Source: the human T2T-CHM13v2.0 reference genome, Homo sapiens
NCBI RefSeq assembly: GCF_009914755.1
Contig: NC_060929.1
Direction: 5' to 3' (one strand)
DNA: 64,000 nt
Part shown: piece by piece, positions 1 to 14,499 of the stretch
How positions within the stretch are numbered: the first letter of the stretch is position 1
Layout: the number at the start of each line of letters is the position of its first letter
The notes under the pieces: model-generated
What the model was told of the DNA's origin: nothing
Seen by the model: the letters and a program-made list of their open reading frames with translations, nothing else
The model's database searches: none
Position numbers and translations under genes: made by a program

Positions 1-189
1 ATTAGGAGGTGATAAATGCCTGCCCCTTGCCTTACGTGACTGAATGAGCCCATGTACATAAGAGCTTAATTCTTGGAGAGACAGTTGGCTTGATTCTGTT
101 CTCTAATCCCAATGGATGTCCTTACTTCCAACCCTCTGTTTTGCAAATCCGTGTCATTGTTCACACTGGCAACCAGTATGAAAGGTAGA

Positions 190-833
<644 letters not shown>

Positions 834-984
834 TACCCTGAATGGTTGCATCAAACAAGGCATCAGGATACTTTCTGGCAGCAAAAGAGGGTGCATACAA
901 CTACAAAACCACACACTTGAAAGTGGCAAAGTTACATTTCCTTTGGAAATAGTCTATACTCCAAATCTGCTTCAAAACATGGCA

Positions 985-1203
985 ATTATGAATGCAGGCT
1001 TTTTAGTCTGACCAACCTGAATTTGAATTGCATGTACCTGTAACATCTTTAAACTTCAACTTCCTCTTATGTAAAATGGGGTTTTAATGATGGTATCTAC
1101 TTGTAGGGCTATTATGATAATTAAATGAGATTCAGTATGTTAAGCACTTAGTACAGGGCTTAACACATGGAAAGCTCTCAACGGGTAACCAATTATTATT
1201 ATT
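985..1203 (+). mobile_element. MIR
   Basis: MIR core TTCCTCTTATGTAAAATGGGG..TTAAATGAGA..AAGCACTTAGTACAG. Confidence 0.7.
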
Positions 1204-2362
1204 AATACTAATGAAATTTTAATATATAGATACATGGGTGTGCCTACATCTATTATTATATAGGTAGTTTTGTGTACTCACTAAAAAGGCATTATTCTGT
1301 AATTCTTATTGCAGTAATTCAGTTTTCATGTCTCATAAAAATTGGGCCTTGTTATGGATAAAATAGTAAAGAGACATTACTGTGACTTCCTGTAATACAC
1401 TCCTCTGCACAAACCCAGTTTAACAATTCACTTTTTGGCCTAGATGGCTGTTTTCTCTCTAAGCTTTTACTGTGTTTTTATTTTTTCACCCATATGTCCA
1501 TTCATAGATAGATGTGTCTCTCTACAAGTAGCCAGCTGTGTTCCACCCAGCCAGCTGTGAAGAAAGATCAGGAGCTATTTAAACGCAATTCTTGTTTTAC
1601 CTCTAATTTGAGTTAGGAGGGAAAAAATCAAAAGAATGAACATTCTCAGTAACAAACTTATAGAACATGAACCTTTGAAAAATAAAAAATAAAAAATCTC
1701 ACTTACATGTATTTATTTCATTTAGCTCAAACAGAAATAATATGGCATGTGGATTCTTACCTGCCCCCTTCAAATTAGCCAATCTCAAAATCCAAAATGG
1801 CTTTCTGAATTATATCTGGGTCTCTCCAGGTATTTTCTGGAATAATATTGCTTTATATGTAGGAAAGGTATGCAAATATTCAGTGTCTACTTTGGATTTT
1901 AAACTAATTTTACACTTTTCTCAGGTAAAAAAAAAAAAGGCATAGCGCAAAAGTTATTTTAGATGTGGAGTTGTGCAAACCCTTCAACACATTCCCAAAG
2001 GTGCCAGTCTTGTCCTTGTAACCAGTTTCAGAGCATTTTAGGTGTTCAGCATAATTTGCACCCTGATTGCAGTACTTTCACTGAGGCCGAGCTTCTTTTC
2101 TTTATTATTTTTTTCCTTACCTTGAAACTAGTTTGCCATTTCAAAGTAAAAAGGAACTACTGCCAAAATATGATGGTGTTTTATCCTCTACTTAAATTAT
2201 AACCTTCTTTCAAATATTTACTCCATTTTATGGGTCCCGGTTTGATCATGGATGGAGGCAAGTGCATCCTTAAAGAAATAAAAGTTGAGTCTGCATTTTC
2301 TAGAGAACTTTTAAAACTTCACATTTGAGCACGGTGTTTCTTCCTGACATTAATTGGGCAGC

Positions 2363-2406
2363 AAATTAACTTTTCCTTCCCTTTCTGTTTTGTTTTCTGC
2401 TTCCAG
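2363..2406 (+). promoter_or_regulatory. CDH6: 3' splice acceptor (branch point-like TTAAC, polypyrimidine tract, CAG)
   Basis: TTAAC at 2366-2370, pyrimidine-rich 2371-2403, CAG ending 2406, directly abutting the cadherin reading frame. Confidence 0.9.
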
Positions 2407-2897
2407 TGACAGTGGTGCTGTTTGCAGCTCTGAGGCGGCAGCGAAAAAAAGAGCCTTTGATCATTTCCAAAGAGGACATCAGAGATAACATTGTCAGTTA
2501 CAACGACGAAGGTGGTGGAGAGGAGGACACCCAGGCTTTTGATATCGGCACCCTGAGGAATCCTGAAGCCATAGAGGACAACAAATTACGAAGGGACATT
2601 GTGCCCGAAGCCCTTTTCCTACCCCGACGGACTCCAACAGCTCGCGACAACACCGATGTCAGAGATTTCATTAACCAAAGGTTAAAGGAAAATGACACGG
2701 ACCCCACTGCCCCGCCATACGACTCCTTGGCCACTTACGCCTATGAAGGCACTGGCTCCGTGGCGGATTCCCTGAGCTCGCTGGAGTCAGTGACCACGGA
2801 TGCAGATCAAGACTATGATTACCTTAGTGACTGGGGACCTCGATTCAAAAAGCTTGCAGATATGTATGGAGGAGTGGACAGTGACAAAGACTCCTAA
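2407..2897 (+). CDS. CDH6: Terminal coding exon of cadherin-6 (K-cadherin): end of the TM helix plus the cytoplasmic domain
   Basis: Translation (V)[27 protein letters not shown] (p120-binding juxtamembrane core)..[39 protein letters not shown] (beta-catenin-binding domain) matches my recollection of the CDH6 C-terminus. Preceded by a polypyrimidine tract and CAG at 2404-2406. The ORF-track GTG start at 2406 is the phase-1 splice junction, not an initiation codon. TAA at 2895-2897. Confidence 0.96.
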
Positions 2898-4898
2898 TCT
2901 GTTGCCTTTTTCATTTTCCAATACGACACTGAAATATGTGAAGTGGCTATTTCTTTATATTTATCCACTACTCCGTGAAGGCTTCTCTGTTCTACCCGTT
3001 CCAAAAGCCAATGGCTGCAGTCCGTGTGGATCCAATGTTAGAGACTTTTTTCTAGTACACTTTTATGAGCTTCCAAGGGGCAAATTTTTATTTTTTAGTG
3101 CATCCAGTTAACCAAGTCAGCCCAACAGGCAGGTGCCGGAGGGGAGGACAGGGAACAGTATTTCCACTTGTTCTCAGGGCAGCGTGCCCGCTTCCGCTGT
3201 CCTGGTGTTTTACTACACTCCATGTCAGGTCAGCCAACTGCCCTAACTGTACATTTCACAGGCTAATGGGATAAAGGACTGTGCTTTAAAGATAAAAATA
3301 TCATCATAGTAAAAGAAATGAGGGCATATCGGCTCACAAAGAGATAAACTACATAGGGGTGTTTATTTGTGTCACAAAGAATTTAAAATAACACTTGCCC
3401 ATGCTATTTGTTCTTCAAGAACTTTCTCTGCCATCAACTACTATTCAAAACCTCAAATCCACCCATATGTTAAAATTCTCATTACTCTTAAGGAATAGAA
3501 GCAAATTAAACGGTAACATCCAAAAGCAACCACAAACCTAGTACGACTTCATTCCTTCCACTAACTCATAGTTTGTTATATCCTAGACTAGACATGCGAA
3601 AGTTTGCCTTTGTACCATATAAAGGGGGAGGGAAATAGCTAATAATGTTAACCAAGGAAATATATTTTACCATACATTTAAAGTTTTGGCCACCACATGT
3701 ATCACGGGTCACTTGAAATTCTTTCAGCTATCAGTAGGCTAATGTCAAAATTGTTTAAAAATTCTTGAAAGAATTTTCCTGAGACAAATTTTAACTTCTT
3801 GTCTATAGTTGTCAGTATTATTCTACTATACTGTACATGAAAGTAGCAGTGTGAAGTACAATAATTCATATTCTTCATATCCTTCTTACACGACTAAGTT
3901 GAATTAGTAAAGTTAGATTAAATAAAACTTAAATCTCACTCTAGGAGTTCAGTGGAGAGGTTAGAGCCAGCCACACTTGAACCTAATACCCTGCCCTTGA
4001 CATCTGGAAACCTCTACATATTTATATAACGTGATACATTTGGATAAACAACATTGAGATTATGATGAAAACCTACATATTCCATGTTTGGAAGACCCTT
4101 GGAAGAGGAAAATTGGATTCCCTTAAACAAAAGTGTTTAAGATTGTAATTAAAATGATAGTTGATTTTCAAAAGCATTAATTTTTTTTCATTGTTTTTAA
4201 CTTTGCTTTCATGACCATCCTGCCATCCTTGACTTTGAACTAATGATAAAGTAATGATCTCAAACTATGACAGAAAAGTAATGTAAAATCCATCCAATCT
4301 ATTATTTCTCTAATTATGCAATTAGCCTCATAGTTATTATCCAGAGGACCCAACTGAACTGAACTAATCCTTCTGGCAGATTCAAATCGTTTATTTCACA
4401 CGCTGTTCTAATGGCACTTATCATTAGAATCTTACCTTGTGCAGTCATCAGAAATTCCAGCGTACTATAATGAAAACATCCTTGTTTTGAAAACCTAAAA
4501 GACAGGCTCTGTATATATATATACTTAAGAATATGCTGACTTCACTTATTAGTCTTAGGGATTTATTTTCAATTAATATTAATTTTCTACAAATAATTTT
4601 AGTGTCATTTCCATTTGGGGATATTGTCATATCAGCACATATTTTCTGTTTGGAAACACACTGTTGTTTAGTTAAGTTTTAAATAGGTGTATTACCCAAG
4701 AAGTAAAGATGGAAACGTTAAAAGAAGAGAAATGTAGTATTTTGGGTTACCTGATTAGAGTGAAAATTTTTTACAATCATATTATTCCTTGTGTCTTCTG
4801 AATGGTTTCCGATTTTATAATGGACTGCCCTATATAGTAACAAGTATTTCATGCTTGAGCTATTTCCTGCTTTCAGGGTTTCTTTTTTCTAGTTCTTC

Positions 4899-4903
4899 AT
4901 ACA

Positions 4904-4942
<39 letters not shown>
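4899..4942. repeat. (CA)n microsatellite in the 3' UTR
   Basis: Direct reading. Confidence 0.95.
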
Positions 4943-4944
<2 letters not shown>

Positions 4945-6198
4945 ATGCAAACAAAAGGCTATATGAGGTCTTCACTCTAATGAATTGATATGTATCATAG
5001 TCACAGGTAAGTGTTGAAAAAAGCTTAGTAAAGTTAGAAGCTACTTACTCATAGCAATAGAACAGCACCTTAATCACACGATTTACTGTAAAATTAAAGA
5101 GGTCTCTATCTGTATGTTTCATGTCACGTAACAAATTGAATCAAGGAAGATAGTCCTGTAAAAAGAAAGGTATCATCTGAAGTTGAGGATTGACACTAGC
5201 AGTTTCCAATGTTTAAAGGTAAGATCTGAGTTCTCCTAATAAGTAAAAGTAAGTAGTTCTATAGCAGAATATCTGAGATGTAATTGGCAAGGTATTTTAT
5301 CCCTCCCTGCAGATGACACAGCATACCAAGAACAGGTTAATATGATTACTTATGGAAATAACTTTAATCTCTTATCATAAAAGCTGATGATGAAGTAAAT
5401 TTATAGGAAATTGGATAATTTGAGACTGGGGCTAAATATTTAGTACCAGGGTACTGTAAGTATCAAGTTGGAGTGACGTTTTCCTATAATTCAGACTCTT
5501 TGACATCGTGGAACCAATAAGAGTCATAGTTCCATCATTCTCCAGCTTCGTCTCACTTCCTTCCCACCCCACCTGAGTATCAGGTCAAACATCATTGCAT
5601 GCGCAGGTTTTTTTTTTAATTGCTAGGTCCCAGGCAACATGAAAGATTATTGGAGAAAAAAATAATTTTCAGCCCAGTTTTTTCATTGTCTGTTTCCTAA
5701 TTTTAGATGTTGGTGATGGGAAAGATGGAAGGAGAGTGGGAAGAAGTAAAATTTTAATATTTGTTTCAATCACTTTGAAACTAAAATTCATTAAGCATAA
5801 CCAGATTGCTTTTGTGGGTTGTTTCAAGGACATTGAGAGCTTTCTGATGATATGTTTTTGCCCTCTATTCAAAAGCAAGAGTTCCTTTAAACTACTAAGA
5901 TATTCCCTAGAATAAGCTGAATTTAAAAAAACATTAAGCCATTGTTTAAAGCCCCTTCACTTCCTGGCCACTTACTTCTGAAAGGCCTAAAAAACATTTG
6001 TGCCCAAATAAGTAAATAAACCAAATGGGAAAGAAGCAAAGATTATTCCATAGAACCACAAGAGAGGGAATGTGGGCACAGTAAATAGATGTTTCTTTCA
6101 GAACTTTCCTGCCTTTACAGTTTGTGTCCATAAAGGGATGTTCAGCAATGAAATTACTCCCTTTTCAGATGGAACAAAACCTGCCCATTTAATTTTAA

Positions 6199-6580
<382 letters not shown>

Positions 6581-8711
6581 TTAAAAATTGAATCTGTAGC
6601 TTAGGCCATCCAAATTTTATAAATCCAAATTAACTTTAGAATGTTTCTATTACTTTCACTTTTACATATATAAATTTTAAGTGTCCTGATTGGCTGAACA
6701 ATATCTCACATCAAATGCTTTGCCTGGAAATAGATATCCCACTGGGGATAGTGGTGTGTAAACTATGACTTGGACAATTCTATATACTCAAGCACCATAA
6801 AAAGTATGCAGTTGAAAAGAAAATCAAAGTTGATTCCTGGGTGCCAACTAAATATTCAAATCAGGTACTCATCCTTATCAGCTAAATTCATTTTCACCAG
6901 GAACAGACCACCAAATAAATTATTTTATCCTAATAACTAGTTTTGAAGCAGTGTAATTACTCTGGAAGAAGGCTCTAAAAAGTCATGATTCCCCCACTAT
7001 TTTGAAATGTATCCTCTAACAAGGATCATTATAGTGTAATCTTAATTTTTATGTTTTATCAAGATGAAATCTTGTTTGAATTGTGATATTATAAAAGGGG
7101 ACTCAAAAATCCAAGCAGTCTACTGTGTTTAAATTAACACCACAACCTTCCTTATCAGATTATAAGAGTAGAAAAATTAACACTTGGTGTGTGAATCTTC
7201 AGGAAAATGAGCTATTTCATAAGCTCAAACAAGCAGCTTCCTTTTCCAGAGAATATAGAATTATATTATGGTCTCCTTAAATGTTTAGTAGCTCTTATGG
7301 TCACAGCATTTTTAATCTCCCTATGGCATCTTTATGGAATAATTTTCTAAAGGGTAATTCTCTACTAAAAATATCAGACCCCGACCATATTTAATGTGGA
7401 GAGCAATACCCTCTTAGAAAGAAAATACATTGACTCATACACTTGTTAAAAGTTAATAAAGAAATAGCTCATTTTTAAAGCCGGAAGTTTATGGTCTCTG
7501 CATCGTCAATTTAATTTAAGCATTGCTGAGACAATCTTTAATCTACTCCCCTTTTTGTAATACCTTATTTATGGTGCATTTTCATTTTTATTTGGGGGAA
7601 ACGTTAGCCCAACAGAGCCGGCAGATGAAAGTGTTGAAAAGAGGTCAAATGGAAACAAAGGCTCTTACCCGCTGTATTTCAGACAGGACTGAGGCACTTA
7701 GCCGAGGAGCCACTGGGTTATTAGATTAATTTCAAAAGAGCTTTTACAAGTTGCTTAATTCCTTTTTTTTTTTTTTTTTTTTCAAAAACCCATGAACCAC
7801 AAACTCAAATTTCTCCTCAAATGGGGTTAATCTGACAAATGAGGCATGGACCCAGCCTTGTGGAAAAAGCATTCCACGCTAATGAGATCTTGGTCTTTCT
7901 TGTGAGGCTACGTTATTTATGTAAATATGTCTGGAGGCACCTTCTCTAAGCTTTTAGTTTTCTATGATCTATTAGTTTAGTGTTTATTAAAGAATCAAAT
8001 GTATAGAATTACCAGGCATTCGTGGGGAATGCTGTGTAGCAAATGTAAAACTGACCTGCTCGGAAGAAACGTAGGAACGCTTCAAACCCACTGTAATGTT
8101 TGGTTTGAGATTATTTTCATTGCTTTGAGAGTGAACTGCCTAAGAGTAGGCCTTATAATAAATGCTATGTGCGTCTTCAGTAGTTCCAAGCTAAAGCAAT
8201 TTGGCATTCTCCCACTGTGATTTGTGACTTTTAAACCCACAAAATAAAAGCTTTTTGGTATTGATTGTTTTTAATTAAAAATACTTCCAAGTATAAATTG
8301 AAACGGATGCCACCCTTGAAGATTTACTGGCGGGAATGCTCACTCTTGTCGTTTTCCTCAGTATCGTTCATGTCTTTGGCAACAAGAACACCTGATGAAA
8401 GCAAGCAATGCTCAGTTCCCATCAACATTTCTAGTTAGGGGGATTCTCATAACCCCACAGTTTACCTGAGAAAGTTTTCTGTGTTAGAAGAATGGGGTCG
8501 AGAGTATTACCTTTTAGCTCAGTGTGGCCGGGCCTTTTGTTGCAGTCAAATGGCAAATACGCACTCCTTGAAATGGCTTCTTTTATTTGGTTTTGTTTTC
8601 TTAGACTTATAAATTTGAAAAGAATGCAATTTAAAAAGTGATTTCTCACAAAGAGTAAATATGCCTTTTGCAAATCAATTTTTGTAACAAGTTATTTATA
8701 TGATATTACTT

Positions 8712-8717
8712 AATAAA
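8712..8717 (+). terminator. Probable distal polyadenylation signal AATAAA
   Basis: AATAAA with upstream TGTA and U-rich context (TTTTTGTAAC ~8680) and downstream U-rich tracts (8722-8745). Confidence 0.7.
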
Positions 8718-11700
8718 CTGGTTTTTTTCTAACTTGCTTTTTTTTCAATTCTCTCAAACTATTGTTTGTAATCACAGATTTTTTAAATATACATGCTGAC
8801 ATACTTTATCTTTCTGAACCTGCTGTTTTAACCTCTCAGAGAGCTAACAAAAGCTGACTTGTTGTACAATAATTAGCTTGTAAACAATAGTTTTTCCCAG
8901 CCAGCAATATATATCATTGGCACTGCCCTGCAGATTTCTTACTGCTGGGACATCAATAATTCTACTATTATTTATGGAATTGCTTTATTGAGAAGAAAGC
9001 TGTTTATTTTCATGGGAATTGCTTTAGATTTTAAAAAAAAAAAAAAAAAAAGGACAGTTCTATATTTTTGCCCCTCCCAAATCTCCATCCATTATTTCAC
9101 TCCCATAAAAACAATTGTCCATGGGTCTCTGAATTAAAAAAAAAAAAAAAAAAAAAGATAAAACAGCAGTCAGATCTGAGGAACATAAAAATAAAACCCT
9201 TCCAGCATTCTGATACTATGAGTAAATAAAATGTTTTTAGCATATTTAGAGCTGTAATATTTTACATGCATGTTCTTTTTTAAGCTGCCTTCTATTTCTA
9301 CAGGGGCCATTTCATAATTTTTTTTAACTGTGAGAATTCATAGCTTTGCAAAGAAGATTTTCATTTATTCATTTGTTCCATATGTATTAGGCGCTCCACT
9401 GTGTGCCGCCAAATATTTGACAGTAAGTCAAATTGGTGTACTTTGCTTCCTCTCCAGAAGCTCATGGTATGGGGGGAAGAAATGAGATAAGCTCATCACC
9501 ACAGTACACACTAGAAGGTGCTGTGGAGACATCTCATGAGAGATACTGATGAAAGTGTCCTTAGCAGGGAGAAACTGTTTCTGCCCAGGTAGAGGAGTGT
9601 GGGGCAGGCTTAGGAATCAGTAGGATTGAGATAAAGTGAGATTAGAAATCAAAAAGAATAGCAGGGGAAAGAGAAAAGAGATTTCAAGCTATGTCACTGG
9701 TCTCCGCTGAGGTCCTTGAAAGAGACTAGTCTTGGAAAAATCACATGACATCAGAACACAAGGATCACGAATGCCAAAGAAGATGACATTTGTTGTTTTG
9801 CTTTTGTTTTTGTTTTTGTTTTTGTTTTGCCATTTAAAGTTAACTTGGTCAGAAACAGAAACCCACAGAAGGGAATGATGCAATTAGAAATATACTTTTT
9901 GAAGAACATGTACATTGTCCAGTAGTATGCACAGTGCTCTACAGCCAAGTCCCTCCCCACACCACCCCACCCTGGCCCCAACTCTGCAACACCACCAGGG
10001 TTATGGTACCCCTGAGGCAATGACAGAACAAATAAAGTCTGTAGGATTCTAGAAAACTTCCCTTACCTAATGGTAAGGTAGGCAGGGAGTGCAATGTGAG
10101 GTCTCAGACCTGCAAACATTTAGATAGAGTAAGCTTTTTCCCATCACCTGAACAAACCACTTCCCATAATAATTATATATTAGGGTAATTAACCTGGCGG
10201 CGGCAGCAGACAAAATCCAACATCTCCATAAAGTGTGTTCCTCACTATTGCAAAGTTCAGGGTGTTTGTAGATCTTTCTTCCCCGGTAGCAATGCCATCT
10301 GGAACACACTGCCTGCAAGGTGACCCTGACAAGGAGAATTCAGTCACATGGCCCCAAACTAACTAGGAAGAGGCAGGGAAATGTAAACAAGCACATGTGT
10401 ATCCACTGAGCGCTAAGAGCTTCTGCCACATACAGCCTCAGTCCCTGTCAATCTTGCAATATCTTTCCCAAATTCCCCCGTTTCAGTCACCATAATAAAC
10501 TACATTCCGTAATAATCATGAAGGTGTTATTAATGGAGAAGGTAGGAAGTTGTTCACAAATTCAACCTTCAAGTTAAAAACCATTTTAAGAGGTGTTTGT
10601 CCACCATGCCTGACTCCGATGCCCATGGCAGACATTGCCAATCAATTGACATTTTTTCATGGATCACCTAGATATAACCCTAGAATCCCTAAAGGGAAGG
10701 CCCCAAGCAGCCACCAGTGGCAGCGTAATGTGACCTATGTGCCATCCCAACCCTAAGAGATGAAGTTTTCCAGTAAAAAAACTTGTTTTCTTTCATTCTA
10801 AGTTTTGTTGACCACTCACCACCAACATTTGCAAAGACCGTTCTGGTCTTGTGATTGCCAAAAGTTTGGAATAATGAAGAAGCTGAAAAGCCTTGGCATA
10901 TATCTTGATAATAAATCTGAACCATGAAGTAAGTATCTCTTTGCATAATTCAGACATTAATTTCAGCTTGGTTGAGACATCTCCCATTAGCGATACTCCT
11001 GAACTTTTACATTCATTCTACCAAAAATCATTTGAGAACCTATTCTGAGCCAGGCACAGATCAAGGTGATAGGGATTCAGGGTTAAACAGGACACACACC
11101 CTGTTTTGTGCACACTCTTCCATCAAAGACTGCCATGGTTTAATATCCTGTCATTAATCTTAATTCGCCTGACTAAACATTTTTTACTGAATTACATCCT
11201 GATTTTTTAGAGCACCTTTCTAGGTTTCATTTTCCTGAATTCAATACTTTTCCCAATATGTTATGAATAGATACAGCTCTTTAAAAGAAGTAGATTGTCT
11301 CCTACCTCTCTCTACAATATACTTATTCCTTTTTTAAAATGTCTTCCTTGACATATTAGATCATCTTATTGCTTCCTGAGCCATTTGGTCCGCAAACCTT
11401 AACTTTTTAACGGCGAATAATGTCATGTTTGCACGTTGGTTTTTTAAAAAGCCTCCTTAGAGTCAGTAAAGGATAGGTTTTATTAAAGCTTTTCACTTTG
11501 CTTAGCTGCCTGATAATAATGCCTTACTTTTATACAGCACTTTAGAATAACTATATCTATATTACTTAATATAACTCTCACGAAAGCTCTGTACAATAGG
11601 TTCTAACATTCACAAAGAAAGTGGGGTCATTTGCCTTTAAGTCCCCATCACAGGAATTCGAATTAAACTCACTTCTTTTAACTCAGACTCTGCGATCTGC

Positions 11701-13177
11701 CATCGAGCCCCACATTTTTCCCTTTGAATGCATAGTCCAATCCTACCCATTTATGAGAATATTTATTGGGAGAAAAAAGGATACTTTTTTTCCTTTATAC
11801 AGATTCAGATGATGTCAGACACTGCTGATGGCTGCAGCCTCAAAGATATTCCTCTCCGTAAGATCAGTCCAAAGCCTCTCTGAAGAAAAAAAAAGAACCC
11901 GAAGAGCAAAATTCTGCTATTAACCCCAATTACCTAGCTGATTCCTATTATAAAAACAGAGCAGTATTCCTAAGGAAAAATATCCCCAAGACACATAAAA
12001 TTCCACCTAAGACTACAAAAGCTCTAATTGCTTTTATAAGAATAAGCTTGACACTGTTGAACTGCAAATATCAGATTGTAATGAGCCCTCTGAAGGGTGG
12101 GAGTGCTCTTTGAAAGGTGAGGTAAAAGGAGAGGAATTAGGACTCGCTGTATCTTCTTAGGTGATTTAGACTCTGACTGAAGGAGTAGTTGTAGGGGAGG
12201 AAGGGAGTCTTGCTGTGTCCCTGAGCAGCTATGGAATCCACTTCTGCCCCCCCAGAAATCCCCAGAAAACCCAACTGCTCAGTTAGGTGGGTGTCCGCGT
12301 GGCAGAAAAGCAGCCACAAATCTTTGTTCCCAAACTAGAAGACACATACTTGCCTAATTTTTCTGGAACTGAACTTAATTTCTGTGTTAAACCCTGGTTC
12401 CTCTGAGGAGCAGAAACTCAACTTGAGTCATACAGGGTTTCTTTCCACAGTCATCACTGATATTACAGGTAAGTTCTAAGGGACTAAGGTGATGTCAGGG
12501 GTTGAAACTTGGAGGAAGAAGAGACATAGTCAAAGCTTAGAGCTAATCTGCTAAGAGAGCTAGAAGGAGGAGATGGATTCCAGAAAAAACATGGTAATTC
12601 TCTATCTTAACCCTCCCTGTCTGTCCTCTCACCCGTCACAAAATGAGAAGACAAGTTTATTGATCAGAAATTTGTTTATGTTATTGCCATTTTTTTCTTA
12701 TTCTCAGAAGGTCAGGATCAAAAGCTTAAGAAAGATACCTGATTCTTTCCTGACTTATGGTTTTGGCAGAGATTCAGAAAGAGCTGACAGTTATCTCAGA
12801 ATGCCACTATTTCCAATTTAATGCTAATTTATGACAATGTTTTCTTATGTTTTACTATCTCAAGCATTATTAAATGTATTCAGTTATAGTATTAAAATAT
12901 ATTAAGTAGTATATTAAGGATTGAGCCCATTTTCACCAATTTTTGAACATCTCTTATGCGATAAGTACTTTACCATCTACTTTAAGTGAAAAATATATTC
13001 TGTCTTTATCATAAATCAAGAAGAAAATGACAAACTATTTTTTATTTATGAATACATTTATGTAAAAATCCTGCAAAGTTGCAAAAGTTAAATCGCAATT
13101 AAATATGTATTTAGTAAGTAATTTATACTGAAAACAATAAATGTGTTAAATCCAGATTGTTCAGCTCCCTTTTGGTC

Positions 13178-13542
13178 TGATATGGTTTGACTGTGTCTAC
13201 GCCCCAATCTCATCTTGAATTGTAGTTTCCATATTCCCCACATGTGGTGGGAGGGACCTGGTGGGAGGTAATTGAATCATGTGGGCAGTTACCTCCATGC
13301 TGTTCTCATGATAGTGAGTTCTCACAAGATCTGATGGTTTTATAAGGAGGTTTTCCCCCCACCTTCACTCTGCACTTCTCCTTGCTGCCACCATGTAAGG
13401 AAGGATATGTTTGCTTCCCCTTCCACCATAATTATAAGTTTCCTGAGGCCTCCCCAGCCATGGTGAACTGTGAATCATTTAAACCTCTTTCCTTTATAAA
13501 TTACCCAGCTCTGATATGTCTTTATTGGCAGCATGAGAACAG
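13178..13542 (+). mobile_element. THE1-family (ERVL-MaLR) solo LTR
   Basis: Begins TGATATGGTTTGACTGTGTC..AATCTCATCTTGAATTGTAG; contains AAGTTTCCTGAGGCCTCCCCAGCCATG..AAACCTCTTTCCTTTATAAATTACCCAG. Confidence 0.88.
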
Positions 13543-14499
13543 GGTCCAAAGCATTTACCTTAAAAGAGTTCGGCAAAATAAAATTATACAAATGATAGCT
13601 ATCAAGTGAGAAAAGGTTGAGGGACAGATTGGTTTGGGCATTAGACCTGAGCTGGGCCTCCAAAGAGCACGAGAACCTATAGCAAAATCACCAGAATGCT
13701 CTCTAAAGTGCAAATTCCCCAGTCCAACTCCAGAAATAATCAGGGCTGTTTTATGCACTCCACAGGCCTTAGGCATTCCTAAGGGATGAGGAGGGAAGTT
13801 CTAATATTTTTAATATGTTAATATTTTATACTGTTTTTAAATTGTATTTATTTATTCATTTAAATATTTAATATTTTAATATCTGCATATACTTTACAAC
13901 TTACCCGTACCTGTTGGATGCAAAGCATGGGCTTGTCTTGTAAATAATAAAGGGATTAAAACAGGTGCCCTTTCTGGAAAAGGTTGCAAGTTTCTAATTA
14001 AAATACCAGGAGTAGTTCACACACATTTATTTAAAACCTCAGATGAAGCTTCCCACAACCCCACATGTTTTTTCAGAACTTTTCTGGCTACTTTCCCTGC
14101 ATATATCAGTCAATAAGTAGATTGAAATCCCTCTAGAATTGATTCACCAGTCTTCCTAAGCATTTGCTTCTATTTTTCTCTTTTTAGAGTCAGCTGTTAT
14201 TCTATGAGCCTCGGCTGGGGAACTCCTCTCTCACAGGGCCCAATCAGAATTCCACTTCAATTAGCTTAATTGGAGGAAGACGCAACCACATTTTCAATTA
14301 AAGTTCTAAACAGGCTATTAGAACAGACTATTTTTGTCTTCCAGATTAAGCTCTCCTAATAGTCATTTTTTAAAAGGTACAAATCTTAAAGGAGAAAAAG
14401 TGGTCACAATTAGATCAATTACTGCTAGTAATCATTTCTCCTAGTAACATTGGGTCTTTTCACTTAGGTAATTTGGAAGTAAGACACTTACTCATTTTT

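Noticed and set aside
2498-2734. Antisense ORF over the CDH6 exon
   Set aside because: Shadow ORF of the coding strand
9033-9157. Two genomic A-runs just past the poly(A) signal
   Set aside because: No retrocopy body or TSD; mainly relevant as oligo-dT internal-priming artefacts
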